Assembly (NCBI GenBank): GCA_963749495.1 | Contig: CAVVMW010000005.1 | Location: 1-64,000 of the forward strand | DNA from: an uncultured bacterium | Lineage (GTDB): Bacteria; Verrucomicrobiota; Verrucomicrobiia; Limisphaerales; UBA8199 | Length of the DNA: 64,000 nt | Reading direction: 5' to 3' | In this document: piece after piece, positions 50,519-60,818 of the stretch | Layout: every line of letters begins with the position of its first letter | Numbering within the stretch: position 1 is the first letter of the stretch | Program-made: the position numbers and the translations under genes | The notes under the pieces: model-generated | The model's input: only the letters and a program-made list of their open reading frames with translations | Databases searched by the model: none | What the model was told of the DNA's origin: nothing

Positions 50519-50735
50519 TTTGGCCCTCAGCCCGGCGCTTTCGCAGCCGCTTCAGCGTTTCCAGTTCTGAAAACAGCGGACCATCGAGTTGGTCCAGGAA
50601 CTTCTCCAGGTCGCCGAACGTCTTAATCGGAGGCGGGGCCAGGCGCTTTACGACCCGGCTGAAAGACTCGTTGCCCCGGCGATGCGCCTCCAGGGCCGCT
50701 ATCGCCTCGTCGTCCAAGTTCACATTCCTGCTCAT
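50508..50735 (-). CDS. VapB-type antitoxin (DUF217-like)
   Basis: MSRNVNLDDEAIAALEAHRRGNESFSRVVKRL; overlaps the toxin start. Confidence 0.85.
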   Translation of the reverse strand: MSRNVNLDDEAIAALEAHRRGNESFSRVVKRLAPPPIKTFGDLEKFLDQLDGPLFSELETLKRLRKRRAEGQNAH

Positions 50736-50942
50736 GCATGCAATATGCGCGCATCCGCCGCTTCCAGTCAAGGCCGAACCACAGAACAAACCTTGGCCAA
50801 AGGCGGGCAGTTATTGGGCAAGTGAGACAAAAGCGCAATGCGGGAGTGGAACCAGGCCCATGTCTCGGACCAGCGCCGCAAGGCGGGAAGGTCTAGATCG
50901 CTTGGGCTTGACTTCGGGTGATTGCCAGTCGGATCGTGCGCC

Positions 50943-52901
50943 ATGAGCAGTTTCGGTGATGAGGCGCTCGATTCTCCGGCGCCGGACATATACGAAATCC
51001 AGACCCACGCGCCTGGGCCTGAGGGCAAGCTCCCGCTCACAGAAGAGATGCTCCGGCACAGCCCGAGCGGGGACATTTTCGGCCTGGTGCAGAATGCGGG
51101 GATGGGCTGGGCTGCGAGCGAGGCGGGGGGGGAGCAATTCCTGGTGCTGAGCACGCAGGGCGGGTTGCGCGCGCCGGACGGCAAACCCATTGCCCTGGGT
51201 TACCACACGGGCCACTGGGAGATCGGCCTGCTGGTCCAGGCGGCTGCGGAGGAGTTTCGCCGGCTCGGGGCCATCCCCTTTGCTGGGTTTTGCTCGGACC
51301 CGTGCGACGGGCGCACACAGGGCACGGCGGGGATGTTCGACAGCCTGCCTTACCGCAACGACGCGGCGATTGTGTTCCGGCGCCTGGCCCGGTCGCTGCC
51401 GTTGCGGGCCGGGGTGCTCGGTGTGGCAACGTGCGATAAGGGCCTGCCGGCGATGCTCATGGCAATTGCCGGGTTGCGGGACCTGCCCGGGCTGGTGGTT
51501 CCGGGCGGGGTCACGCTGCCGCCATCCCAGGGCGAGGATGCCGGGACGGTGCAGACGCTGGGGACGCGCTTTGCGCACGGGCTGATCACGCTGGAGGCGG
51601 CGGCGGAGGTGGGCTGCCGCGCCTGCGCGACACCCGGGGGCGGCTGCCAGTTCCTGGGCACGGCCGCCACCACCCAGGTGGTCGGCGAGGCCCTGGGCCT
51701 TTGCCTGCCGCATTCGGCCCTGGCCCCTTCCGGGCAGCCGGTGTGGCTCGACCTGGCCCGGCACTCCGCGCGCGCGCTCCATCACCTTGCCTCACGCGGC
51801 ATCGCCGTGCGCGAGATCCTCAGCCCGGCCAGCATTCGGAATGCCATGGCCGTTCACGCCGCCTTCGGGGGCTCGACCAACCTGCTGCTCCACGTGCCGG
51901 CCATCGCTCACGCCGCGGGCCTCCAACGCCCCACCGTCGAGGATTGGATTTCGGCCAATCGCCGCGTTCCCCGCCTGGTCAGCGTCTTGCCCAACGGCCC
52001 GGTGCCGCACCCGACGGTGCGGGTGTTCCTGGCCGGGGGCGTGCCGGAGGTCATGCTGCACCTGCGCCGGTTGGGCCTGCTCGAAACGGGCGCGCTCACG
52101 GTCACCGGCCGCACCTTGGGCGAGAACCTGGACTGGTGGGAAAAGTCCGAGCGGCGGCGCCGGTTTCGCGAGCTGTTGCTGCGGCTTGACGGCGTGGAAG
52201 CCGACGACGTTGTCCTGCCCCCGGACCGGGCGCGGGCGCGGGGTCTGACCGGCACGCTGGTCTTTCCGCGCGGGAACCTCGCCCCCGAGGGCTCGGTCGT
52301 CAAAAGCGCCGCTCTGGACCCCGCCACCATCGGTCCGGACGGGGTCTGCCTCAAGAGCGGGCCGGCGCGGGTTTTCGTGAACGAGAGCCAGGCCGTGGCC
52401 GCGATCAAGGCGGGCGGCATCAAACCGGGTGACGTGCTGGTCCTGGCCGGCATCGGGCCGATGGGCACGGGGATGGAGGAGACCTACCAGGTCACCGGCG
52501 CCCTCAAGCAACTGCCCTTCGGCAACCAGGTGGCGCTGCTGACCGACGCGCGATTTTCGGGCGTCTCGACGGGGGCGTGCATCGGCCACATCGGGCCCGA
52601 GGGCCTGGCCGGCGGCCCTATCGGCAAGGTCCTGGATGGGGATACGATCCAAATCCGAATCAACTGCAAGCGGGTTGAGGGCAGTGTCAACCTGGTCGGC
52701 GAGGGCGCGCGCCGCTTCACTCCTGAGGAGGGTGAGAGCGTCCTGGCGCGGCGCCCATCCCGCAGTGACCTCGCCCCCAATGCCGCGCTGCCGGAGGACA
52801 CCCGCCTCTGGGCGGCCCTTCAACTGGCCGGCGGAGGGACCTGGTCCGGGTGCGTGTACGATGTCGAGCGCATCCTGGAGCTGTTGCCCAAGAAGCGGTG
52901 A
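50943..52901 (+). CDS. YjhG/YagF-family D-xylonate dehydratase (IlvD/EDD family)
   Basis: [44 protein letters not shown]; family-typical [10 protein letters not shown]. Confidence 0.9.
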   Translation: MSSFGDEALDSPAPDIYEIQTHAPGPEGKLPLTEEMLRHSPSGDIFGLVQNAGMGWAASEAGGEQFLVLSTQGGLRAPDGKPIALGYHTGHWEIGLLVQAAAEEFRRLGAIPFAGFCSDPCDGRTQGTAGMFDSLPYRNDAAIVFRRLARSLPLRAGVLGVATCDKGLPAMLMAIAGLRDLPGLVVPGGVTLPPSQGEDAGTVQTLGTRFAHGLITLEAAAEVGCRACATPGGGCQFLGTAATTQVVGEALGLCLPHSALAPSGQPVWLDLARHSARALHHLASRGIAVREILSPASIRNAMAVHAAFGGSTNLLLHVPAIAHAAGLQRPTVEDWISANRRVPRLVSVLPNGPVPHPTVRVFLAGGVPEVMLHLRRLGLLETGALTVTGRTLGENLDWWEKSERRRRFRELLLRLDGVEADDVVLPPDRARARGLTGTLVFPRGNLAPEGSVVKSAALDPATIGPDGVCLKSGPARVFVNESQAVAAIKAGGIKPGDVLVLAGIGPMGTGMEETYQVTGALKQLPFGNQVALLTDARFSGVSTGACIGHIGPEGLAGGPIGKVLDGDTIQIRINCKRVEGSVNLVGEGARRFTPEEGESVLARRPSRSDLAPNAALPEDTRLWAALQLAGGGTWSGCVYDVERILELLPKKR

Positions 52902-52910
52902 GGCGGTCCC

Positions 52911-52955
52911 GTCCGACGGGTCAGACCGGTCCGACGAGTCAGACCAGACAGACTC
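52911..52955. repeat. Degenerate 9-bp tandem repeat, 5 units
   Basis: gtccgacgg gtcagaccg gtccgacga gtcagacca gacagactc, between convergent genes. Confidence 0.65.
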
Positions 52956-52982
52956 GTCCCAAGATACCCCGGCTAGGCTGCT

Positions 52983-53854
52983 TCACGGCTTTGACGCTTC
53001 ACCGGCCGCCGGCTGGCGCTTGTCCTGGATCGGTTGGGGCGCTTCGATTTGGTTCCCCTCCAGCGTCACCCGGCCCACCTTTTCATCGAACCGGAAGCCC
53101 ACGGTTTGCCTCTGTTGGCCGGCGGGGCGGGTGTCCCTGAGGGTGTTGTTCCTGAAGACCAGGTCGCGGGTCTGGCCGCGCACGCGAACGGCAGCGGCGT
53201 CTTGTTCAACGCCGTTGTTCTCGATGAGATTATTCTCCAGGCGGTTGCGGTGCGGGGCCATGCCGTCGGTTTCGCTGCGGAAAAAGACGCCGTCGGCGTG
53301 GTTGCGGCGGACCTGGTTGTTGCGGAGCAGGTTGTCGGTATCTTTGTGGCCGATGGAGATGCCGAAGCGGCCGTTGTCTTCCAGGACATTCTCCTCGAAG
53401 ATCCCCTGTTTGACGCGCCAGCAGAGAAACAGGCCGTCCTCGCCGTTGTTGCGGGCGGCGCACTGGCGGACGACGGGGCGCTGGGAACCGCTGCCGGGGT
53501 GAAGGCCCAGGCCGGCGTTGCCTTCACACACACAGGCCAGCACCGTCACGTCGTTGCACTGCTGGAAGCTGATGCCGTCGCCATTATAATGGCGCACCAC
53601 GCAGCGCTCGAGCGCCGCCCCGTGACAACGATACAAAAAGACCCCGCCGCCCCGGCAGCCGTTGAGCGGCACGTTTTGGTCCTTGTTCCCCTCGATGATG
53701 AGGTCTTCCACCCTGGCCCCTTCGGCATAATAGCCGCTGACCACCGGGAAGACCGTTGCGGCCTGGGCGCCGTTCTCGACCGTGCAATCGGCATTCAAGG
53801 GCAGGCTGATGGCAAAGGTGTTGCCGTTGCCGCCGGTGATGCGCGCCACGGTTG
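52983..53854 (-). pseudogene. 3' half of a right-handed beta-helix protein gene split by the Int-IS91 element
   Basis: TVARITGGNG... followed by N..DG.. beta-helix repeats; joins in frame with 56563-57035. Confidence 0.88.
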
Positions 53855-54024
53855 AACGAAGCCGCTTCGCGGCGGAGAAGACGGGACTCCTGCGGCTTCG
53901 CAGTTCGCAGGCTGGAGGGCTTGTTTTGCATTGGCCTTTGGTGGGGACTCCCCCAGACTGATGACGGTTCGCCGTGCATTGACGCACGGCAAACCGTCAC
54001 CATTAACTTGTAGCTACCGCAGCT

Positions 54025-54914
54025 ATGGATATAAAAAAAGTTCTCCTCACGCAATCCTGAACCGCTTTGCCGATGACCTGGCTCTGCTGCCGCTCCAGCC
54101 CCGAAGCCAAGAGATCTACTGGGTCTGTGTACGCCAACTCTCCGATCACTTTGAGCGCTCGCCCAACTTGGTCAGCGCCGAGGAACTGCGCCAGTATTTC
54201 ATCCATCTCAAGACCGAGCGGCACTTGGCCCGCCAAACCTCCACGCAGGCTTTGTGTGCCATCAAACTCTTCTGGGAGAAAACCCTCCAGCGGCCCTGGC
54301 CCGCGGAACTGGAGTTTGTGCGCGCCACGCCCCAATTCAAGCTGCCAGTTATCCTCTCGGCCTCCGAGGTGCGCACGATTATCGCCCAGGTTGGCCCTCT
54401 GGACCATCGGGTCGCCCTGACGACGATCTACTCCTGTGGCCTGCGCTTGGGCGAAGCCGTCAACCTGGAAGTCGGCGACATCGATTCCCAACGGATGTTC
54501 TTGCACATCCGGGCGGGCAAGGGCAACCGCAACCGTTATGTGCCCTTGCCCCAGCGCACCCTGGAACTGCTGCGCGAACTCTGGCGCAGCCACCGCCATC
54601 CACGATGGCTCTTCCCAGCTAAAGGCCACAGCGGTCTGGGCGCTCTTACCGCCACCGAGCCCATGAACCGCACCACGCTGCAACGAGCCTTCCGTCTGGC
54701 CCTGCACGCCAGCGGCATCAAAAAGGCGGCCCACATTCATACGCTGCGCCACAGCTATGCCACCCACCTGCTGGAGCAAGGCGAAAACCTCCGCCAATTG
54801 CAGGTCAACCTCGGCCATCACAGCCCCGTCACCACCGTCATCTACACCCACTTAACCACCCTCTGTCAGACTCAGCACCAGCAGCGCATTAACAAGTTCA
54901 TGGGCAACCTCTAG
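54025..54914 (+). CDS. Site-specific tyrosine recombinase (phage-integrase family, SAM-like N-terminal domain)
   Basis: GLRLGE, GKG, HTLRHSYATH, LGH, IYTH. ATG 54025 needs a -1 shift at the A7 run to enter frame, so the start is uncertain. Confidence 0.92.
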
Positions 54915-54974
54915 GCGGCCTCTCAATGGCCGCAGCCGCTCAGGACAGCGGCAAGCTCCTTATCCGTCCACGAC

Positions 54975-56169
54975 GTGTTGTGCCGATGGGCTCCGGCCTA
55001 TCTGGAGCAGTTCGGAGCTGCCATGCCCACCCGCCAGTGCCGGGTGCTGCAACGCCTCTTGGCTTGCCGCACCCCGGCCCTGGGCGGGGCGATGTACTGT
55101 TGCCCCAAGTGCGACCACCGCCACTTCAGTTATCACTCCTGCAACGACCGGCACTGCCCGCAGTGCGGCGGCCAGGATGCCCAGCAGTGGCTTGATGAGA
55201 ATAGCGCCCTGTTGCTGCCGGTGAACTATTTCCTGGTCACCTTCACCGTGCCCAACGGCTTGCGCCGCTGGATCCGCTCTCACCCCCAAAAGGGCTATGA
55301 CCTGCTCCTGGCCGCCAGTTCCCAGGCCCTGCAGGATCTGGGTCAAAATCCCAAACGCCTCGGCGCCACCCTCGGTATGCTGGGCGTGCTCCACACCTGG
55401 ACGCGCACCCTCGAATACCATCCCCACGTCCACTACCTGGTGCCCGGCGGGGGCCTCAGCCCGGACCAGCGCCAGTGGATCTCCAGCCGCCCTCGGTTCC
55501 TGTTGCCGGTCAAAGCCCTGAGCGATCGCTGCCGCACGCTTTTCCAGGCGGCACTCCAAAAGCAGATGCCCGAGGCCCTTGCCCTCCTGCCGGCCAAAGT
55601 CTGGCAGCAACGCTGGGTCGTTCACAGCGCTGCTGTCGGCAGGGGCCAAAAGGCGTTGCGCTACCTTAGCCGTTACGTGTTTAAAACCGCCACCGGCAAT
55701 CGCCAACTCCAATTGCTGGCTGACGGACGCTTGCGCTGGCCCTTCCGCCACAGTGCCACGGGGGCTTGGGGCCACATCAACATGGCCCCCTTCGAGTTCC
55801 TCCGCCGCTTCCTCCAGCACGTCCTGCCGCCCAGATTCCATCGGGTCCGCCGCTTTGGCTGGCTCCATCCAGGGGGACGCGCCCAGTTCAACCGCATCCG
55901 AGCCCCTGCTCAAAATACCGCCCTTACTCTCGGCGGCCGAGCAAGCCGCTTGGCAGCCTCCGACCTCCAGCCCGCCGACTGACCCGGCCTTGGCCGCTCA
56001 AGGAGTCTCCGCCCAGCCCACACCCCTGCCTGTCCGGCAGGCAGGCCTGCTTTGTCCGCATTGTGGCACCGGGTTGGTCCTGGTCGGCTCCTGGCGCCCA
56101 TGGGACAACGTCATCCACTTGCCCGACGGCTCCCCCGTCGGCGTCCGCCGCACCATCAGGCCGCCATGA
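54975..56169 (+). CDS. IS91-family (Y2, HUH) transposase; frameshift near 55905
   Basis: CRTPALGG, CPKC, SCNDRHCPQC, LHTW..HPHVH, YLSRY, FLQHVLP. The CPHC..RPP tail is in another frame. Confidence 0.92.
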
Positions 56170-56458
56170 AAACTACGCCCTGGACCACCTCACTGCTCGT
56201 TCCGGCTGGGGGGCCAACTCCCACCCCCGCGCTTTGTTCGCGTGGCACCCGCTTGAGCGTCCCAACTGGCCAGTGGCCAATCCCGGAGCCTCGACAACGC
56301 TGCCGCCCCGTCAGCACCGGGACTGGCGCAGGTTGGCACGGCTCTGGCCCGTCCCCAAAAGCCTCGACCGCAGACCGTAGTCAAAGGCAAATCCAGGACT
56401 TTCCGCAGTACCCCCAAGGATGGCCCAACGAACCTTGGGCCGCGGCTTCGTTCAACCC

Positions 56459-56556
56459 AGGAATGTAGAGAACACGGGGGCGGACCCAACTTCTCCAAAG
56501 TCACTTCTGTATTCCCGAGTCCCGCCTTATCTCGCCCCCGCGTTCTCTACATTCCT
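56459..56556. repeat. 24-bp subterminal inverted repeat of the Int-IS91 element
   Basis: aggaatgtagagaacacgggggcg / cgcccccgcgttctctacattcct, one mismatch. Confidence 0.9.
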
Positions 56557-56562
56557 TTTTCT

Positions 56563-57035
56563 GTTGTATGGAACCCGCCGGAGTTCTTGTCCCACACTGC
56601 GACGCCTTGGCCGACGCCAAAGCCTGCGGGGTCGGCCACGGTGATCTGTTCCTCGCCGTAATCGCCGTCCACCGTGAGGGGCGAGGCCACTGAGGGGGCC
56701 TTGCGCAGGATGGTTTGGCCCGGGGTGCCGCGCACCGTCACTTGGGGCCGCAGATGGAGCGAGTCCCGCATCAGGTAGTCGCCGGGCCCGATCTCGACAA
56801 CCCCGCCGCCCAGGCCGGCGACATACTCGACGGCGGCCTGGAGTGCCCGGTTGTCGGCGCCTGTGATGTCGCCGGCGCGCAGGCCGACGGTGACGCGGGG
56901 CCGGTCTTTGACGGGGCCGTGCATGGCGCGGGGGACTTGCGTGGGATCGGCGCTGGCAGCGGGATCTGCCGCCAAGGCGGCAACGACGCCACTCAGGCAC
57001 GCCAGGGCCAGAAACGCTCTTGTCTTCATCTTCAT
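56563..57035 (-). pseudogene. 5' half of the interrupted beta-helix protein gene
   Basis: Signal peptide, DNRALQAAVEY..GGGVVEIGPGDY; ends GGFHT at the element junction. Confidence 0.88.
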
Positions 57036-57100
57036 GTGGTCAACGCCCGCCATTAGACTCCTGCGCAGGCCGGGCGTCAACAGTTGCCGCCTCCAGTCGC

Positions 57101-57209
57101 TTATGTCCCTTTTGTCCTTTTTGTCCCTTGCAGGTCCTGCCCATACAAGGGACAAAAGGGACATAAGGGACAAAAGGGACAAAAGGGACATAAGGGACAT
57201 AAGGGACAT
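57101..57209. repeat. 9-bp tandem repeat (AAGGGACAW) x7 with 3 inverted copies upstream
   Basis: Direct array 57147-57209; inverted array 57101-57129. Confidence 0.9.
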
Positions 57210-57260
57210 TACGAAATTTGCCTTTGACGGCGGGCGACAACCTTCTATTTTGGCGATGGC

Positions 57261-57947
57261 ATGAAACATTCCGGCAAGGCCAGGCGCGCAGCGTTCAAGC
57301 TGATTGGGCTGTCGCTAGTCGCGGTGGCAGTGGTCTGGGCGCTCGGTCTGCTGATCATGTTCATGGGGTTGTCGCTGATGGTGATTGCTCCTGGGTTGGT
57401 GGGGATTTGGGCGCTGTTTTCGGTGTTCACGCTCTACTTTTTCCGGGACCCGACGCCGCGGGTGCCAGCCGGGGCGAACCTGGTGGTCTCGCCGGCCCAC
57501 GCCCGGGTGGACGTGATCGACACGTGCGTCGAGCCGGAGTTCATGGGCGGGGAATGCCAGCGCGTCTCGATGTTTCTGTCGGTGTTCGATGTCCACGTGG
57601 AGTGTGCGCCCGTGAGCGGCACGGTGGCGCTGGTGCGCTACACGATGGGGCAGTTCGTGAACGCGCTCAAGACCGAGTCCGCCGCGAACAATGAGAACGT
57701 GCTGTTGGGGTTCGAGGCGAGCGAACCGCGCGGGCAGAAGTTGGCGGTGCGCCTCATCGCCGGGGCCATTGCCCGGCGCATCGTGACCTACGTCTGCCCG
57801 GGCGAGGAGGTGGCGCGCGGCGATCGCATCAGCCTCATCCAGTTCGGTTCCCGGGCCGATGTGTACCTGCCCGCCAACGCGCGCATCCATGTCAAGCTCG
57901 GCCAGCACGTGGTCGGCGGCGAAACCGTCCTGGCCATCTTCGATTAA
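57261..57947 (+). CDS. psd: Phosphatidylserine decarboxylase proenzyme
   Basis: FFRDP, VVSPA, FLSVFDVH, NENV, IAGAIARRI, FGS cleavage motif; directly upstream of pssA. Confidence 0.92.
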   Translation: MKHSGKARRAAFKLIGLSLVAVAVVWALGLLIMFMGLSLMVIAPGLVGIWALFSVFTLYFFRDPTPRVPAGANLVVSPAHARVDVIDTCVEPEFMGGECQRVSMFLSVFDVHVECAPVSGTVALVRYTMGQFVNALKTESAANNENVLLGFEASEPRGQKLAVRLIAGAIARRIVTYVCPGEEVARGDRISLIQFGSRADVYLPANARIHVKLGQHVVGGETVLAIFD

Positions 57948-57965
57948 CTGTTACGGTCTGTGGCC

Positions 57966-58826
57966 ATGGCTGCCTCCTCCCCCTCTCCTCCGTGCGATGA
58001 CTCCGCTGAGCCCAAGCTCAAGATCTACTTCCTGCCCAACCTCCTGACGGCCGGCAACCTGTTTTGCGGTTTCGTGGCCCTGACCAAGATCGTCGAGGCC
58101 GACCTGAACACGGGCAATTTCTATCCCATCAAGGTGGCGCTGGGGTTCATCCTCCTGGCGTGCATCTTCGACCTGTTCGACGGCCGCCTGGCCCGGATGG
58201 GCGGCATCGAAAGCCCGTTCGGCCGCGAATTCGATTCGCTGGCCGATTTGATCTCGTTCGGCGCCGCCCCCGCCTTCCTCGTGCACCGGGTGGTGCTCAG
58301 GGACGTCTTCACCGTTCACCCGGAGCTGGGCTGGTTCATCGCCTCGATCTATCTCATCTGCGGCGCCTTCCGCCTGGCGCGGTTCAACTGCCTGGCCACT
58401 CAACCCGGCCGCGGGGCCGGCAAGGATTTCCTGGGCTTCCCCATCCCTTCGGCGGCGGGCCTGGTTGCCTCGCTCACCTTGCTCATCATCCAACTCAACG
58501 AGAAGGACAAATCGCTGGGCCCCTGGAAGTACGTCCCCGCCGTAGTGCTGCTCTTTCTCTCTGCCATGATGGTCAGCACCATCAAGTACCCCAGCTTCAA
58601 GTCTTTGGGCCTGCGCTCCGTGAGCACGTTCACCAAGGCGCTTATCTTCTCCCTGGTCCTGGGGCTCATCCTGGTTTGGTGGCGCACGCTCATCTTCTAC
58701 GCCATGCCGGCGTTCTTCACCCTTTACCTGGTTTATGGCCTCATCCGCCCGCGCATCTCCCGCGAAGTGCGCCGCGAAATCGAGGAAGACGAGGACGAGG
58801 AGGACGTGGAGAATGACCCGCCGTGA
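57966..58826 (+). CDS. pssA: CDP-diacylglycerol--serine O-phosphatidyltransferase
   Basis: LPNLLT.GNLFCG, DLFDGRLAR..S.FGREFDSLADLISFG.AP, RLARFN. Confidence 0.93.
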   Translation: MAASSPSPPCDDSAEPKLKIYFLPNLLTAGNLFCGFVALTKIVEADLNTGNFYPIKVALGFILLACIFDLFDGRLARMGGIESPFGREFDSLADLISFGAAPAFLVHRVVLRDVFTVHPELGWFIASIYLICGAFRLARFNCLATQPGRGAGKDFLGFPIPSAAGLVASLTLLIIQLNEKDKSLGPWKYVPAVVLLFLSAMMVSTIKYPSFKSLGLRSVSTFTKALIFSLVLGLILVWWRTLIFYAMPAFFTLYLVYGLIRPRISREVRREIEEDEDEEDVENDPP

Positions 58827-58904
58827 GGGCGGCGAGGGCGATGGAAATATGCTTTACAAGCCCCCGTGTTCGGCGGTATTGTTTATTCCAGAACTGAACA
58901 GTTT

Positions 58905-59348
58905 ATGCGAAATAGAATCCCTTTCCTGGCCGGCCTGGTCCTGGTTGGCCTCATAGTCGGCGGGTGCGCCAACTCTGAGAAGAAGCTCGGGCGCGGCCTC
59001 AGCAATAGTTTCGAAATCGTGCGGATGGGCGAATTCCGCCGCACCTTCGAGCAGTCCTGCCTCTTTGACGGCCCCAATGTGGGCTACACGCGCGGAGCGA
59101 TTCACGGCCTGAACCGCAGCCTGGCCCGGACCGGCATTGGGCTTTACGAGGTGCTCACCTCCCCGTTCCCGCCCTACGACCCGATCTTCACCGACTATTT
59201 CGCTCCCGGCCCTGTGTTTCCGGACAATTTCCAGCCGAGCCTGATCGAAGACCCGTCCCTGTCCACCGACACCAACCTGGGTTTCAGCGGCGGCGACATT
59301 GCCCCCTTTGTGCCCAACAGCCGGTTCCGCGTTTTCGAAACGCATTAG
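58905..59348 (+). CDS. TIGR04073-like (exosortase-associated) lipoprotein
   Basis: Lipobox-like VGGC; KKLGRGLSN..RTGIGLYEVLTSPFP. Confidence 0.7.
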   Translation: MRNRIPFLAGLVLVGLIVGGCANSEKKLGRGLSNSFEIVRMGEFRRTFEQSCLFDGPNVGYTRGAIHGLNRSLARTGIGLYEVLTSPFPPYDPIFTDYFAPGPVFPDNFQPSLIEDPSLSTDTNLGFSGGDIAPFVPNSRFRVFETH

Positions 59349-59413
59349 TCGGCAGCCCGCATCGAGGGTCAAGGGGCGAGGGGCAACCCAAATCCTCGCC
59401 TAAGAGTTTTGAG

Positions 59414-59482
59414 GAACCGCGGAATACGCGGAATACGCGGAAAAGAAAGGGCCTTCCGCGTATTCTGCGTATTCCGCGGTTC
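59414..59482. repeat. 29-bp inverted repeat built from 9-bp units (CGCGGAATA)
   Basis: gaaccgcggaatacgcggaatacgcggaa / ttccgcgtattctgcgtattccgcggttc, one mismatch. Confidence 0.85.
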
Positions 59483-59696
59483 TCTATTAAATCTCGATTG
59501 GCATGAAACATGAGGCGGTCCCGTTTTGCTGGTCCTCCGCGCCGCACCCAATCCTTAGGCGCGGTTCTGGGGGCAAGCGCATCGGGTCCGGTGGGCGGCG
59601 TTCGCATGGGGAGCCTCCTGTGCGTTTTCATATCCGTGCGCATCCGTCCCGCTTGGCCGAATGCGCGGTTGAAACCGCTGGACGGCCGGATTTAGG

Positions 59697-60575
59697 ATGA
59701 CTCTCGAAAGACAGTCGCCTTGCAAAGTCAACCTGCTGCTGAACATCCTCGGCAAGCGGGCCGATGGGTTTCACGAACTGGAGAGCGTCATGCACCCCGT
59801 GGCGGTGTGTGATCGACTCACCTTCACCCGGGCGGACCGGGGCCTGGAGCTCGCCTGCAGCGAGCCGAGTCTGCCGACCGACTCGCGCAACCTGGCCTAT
59901 CGCGCCGCCGAGCTGTTTCTTGAGGCGGCTCAAATCCGCGAGGGCGTCCGCCTGCGCCTGGACAAACAGATCCCGCTGGCAGCGGGCCTGGGCGGCGGCA
60001 GCGGCGACGCCGCCAACACGCTCCTGGGGTTGAACGAACTCTTCGGCGCCCCGCTTGGGCTCGAGACCCTGCACTCGCTGGCGGCGCGTTGCGGCTCGGA
60101 CGTGCCATTCTTCCTGCACTCGACCCCCGCCCTGGCCACCGGGCGCGGCGAGCAGATCCAGCCGCTGGGGCCCTTTGCCGCCCTCGATGGCGCCGCTTTC
60201 CTGTTGATTCACCCGGGCTTCGGCGTCGCCACGGCCTGGGCCTATCAGCAACTGGCGCGGTTCCCCGAGGCCCTGCGCGGCCGCGCGGGGCGCGCCCGCA
60301 CACTGGTGGCCCTGCTGCAGAAGGCCGACGCCGGGCTCGAACGCATCGGCCTGGAGTTCTATAATTCCCTGGAGGCGCCCGTCCTTGGGAAGTACCCGCT
60401 CCTGGCCATCTTCCAGGAGTTCCTCCGCGCCAATGGCGCCGCCGCTGTGCTGATGAGCGGCAGCGGCTCCACTACCTTTGCCGTCCTTCCCAGCCCCGCC
60501 GCCGCCCAGGCCCTCGACCAGAAGTTCAAGGCCAAGTTCGGCTCCAGATACTGGACCGCCGTGGTGCCGGTGTGA
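59697..60575 (+). CDS. ispE: 4-diphosphocytidyl-2-C-methyl-D-erythritol kinase
   Basis: PCKVNLLL..GKRADGFHEL, KQIPLAAGLGGGSGDAA, GSDVPFF, MSGSGS. Confidence 0.96.
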   Translation: MTLERQSPCKVNLLLNILGKRADGFHELESVMHPVAVCDRLTFTRADRGLELACSEPSLPTDSRNLAYRAAELFLEAAQIREGVRLRLDKQIPLAAGLGGGSGDAANTLLGLNELFGAPLGLETLHSLAARCGSDVPFFLHSTPALATGRGEQIQPLGPFAALDGAAFLLIHPGFGVATAWAYQQLARFPEALRGRAGRARTLVALLQKADAGLERIGLEFYNSLEAPVLGKYPLLAIFQEFLRANGAAAVLMSGSGSTTFAVLPSPAAAQALDQKFKAKFGSRYWTAVVPV

Positions 60576-60818
60576 CCGAGGGGCCATGCCGTCCCTTTGG
60601 GTGTATCCCGGAGTGCGCCCGTGCCCGGGCGCAGCAGCGACGGAGCGGGCAGGCGCGCCGGCGTACTTGACTGCTGCCCTGGCTGCGGGCGTTGCTGCGC
60701 GAGGACGGGCGCACTCCGGGGGCGGTGTGGGGAAACGCGTCCCTTTGGCCGCTTGCATTGGCGCCGGCGCCCACAAATGTATAGCGATCCGGGGCCTGCC
60801 ACACTAGATTCAGAGGAC

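Larger units (their letters stand above)
53851..56566 (+). mobile_element. Tyrosine recombinase + IS91-family transposase element
   Basis: Bounded by GTTG at 53851-54 and 56563-66. Removing it restores ...GGFHT-TVARI.... Left end is complementary to 56442-56456. Confidence 0.9.

Noticed and set aside
54025..54914. Integron integrase IntI serving the attC at 31561
   Set aside because: It appears to lack the IntI-specific insertion, is coupled to an IS91 transposase, and has no adjacent attI or cassette array.
57040..57269. ORF extensions with MSLMSL/DKRDIR repeats
   Set aside because: Translation artefacts of the intergenic 9-bp repeat.
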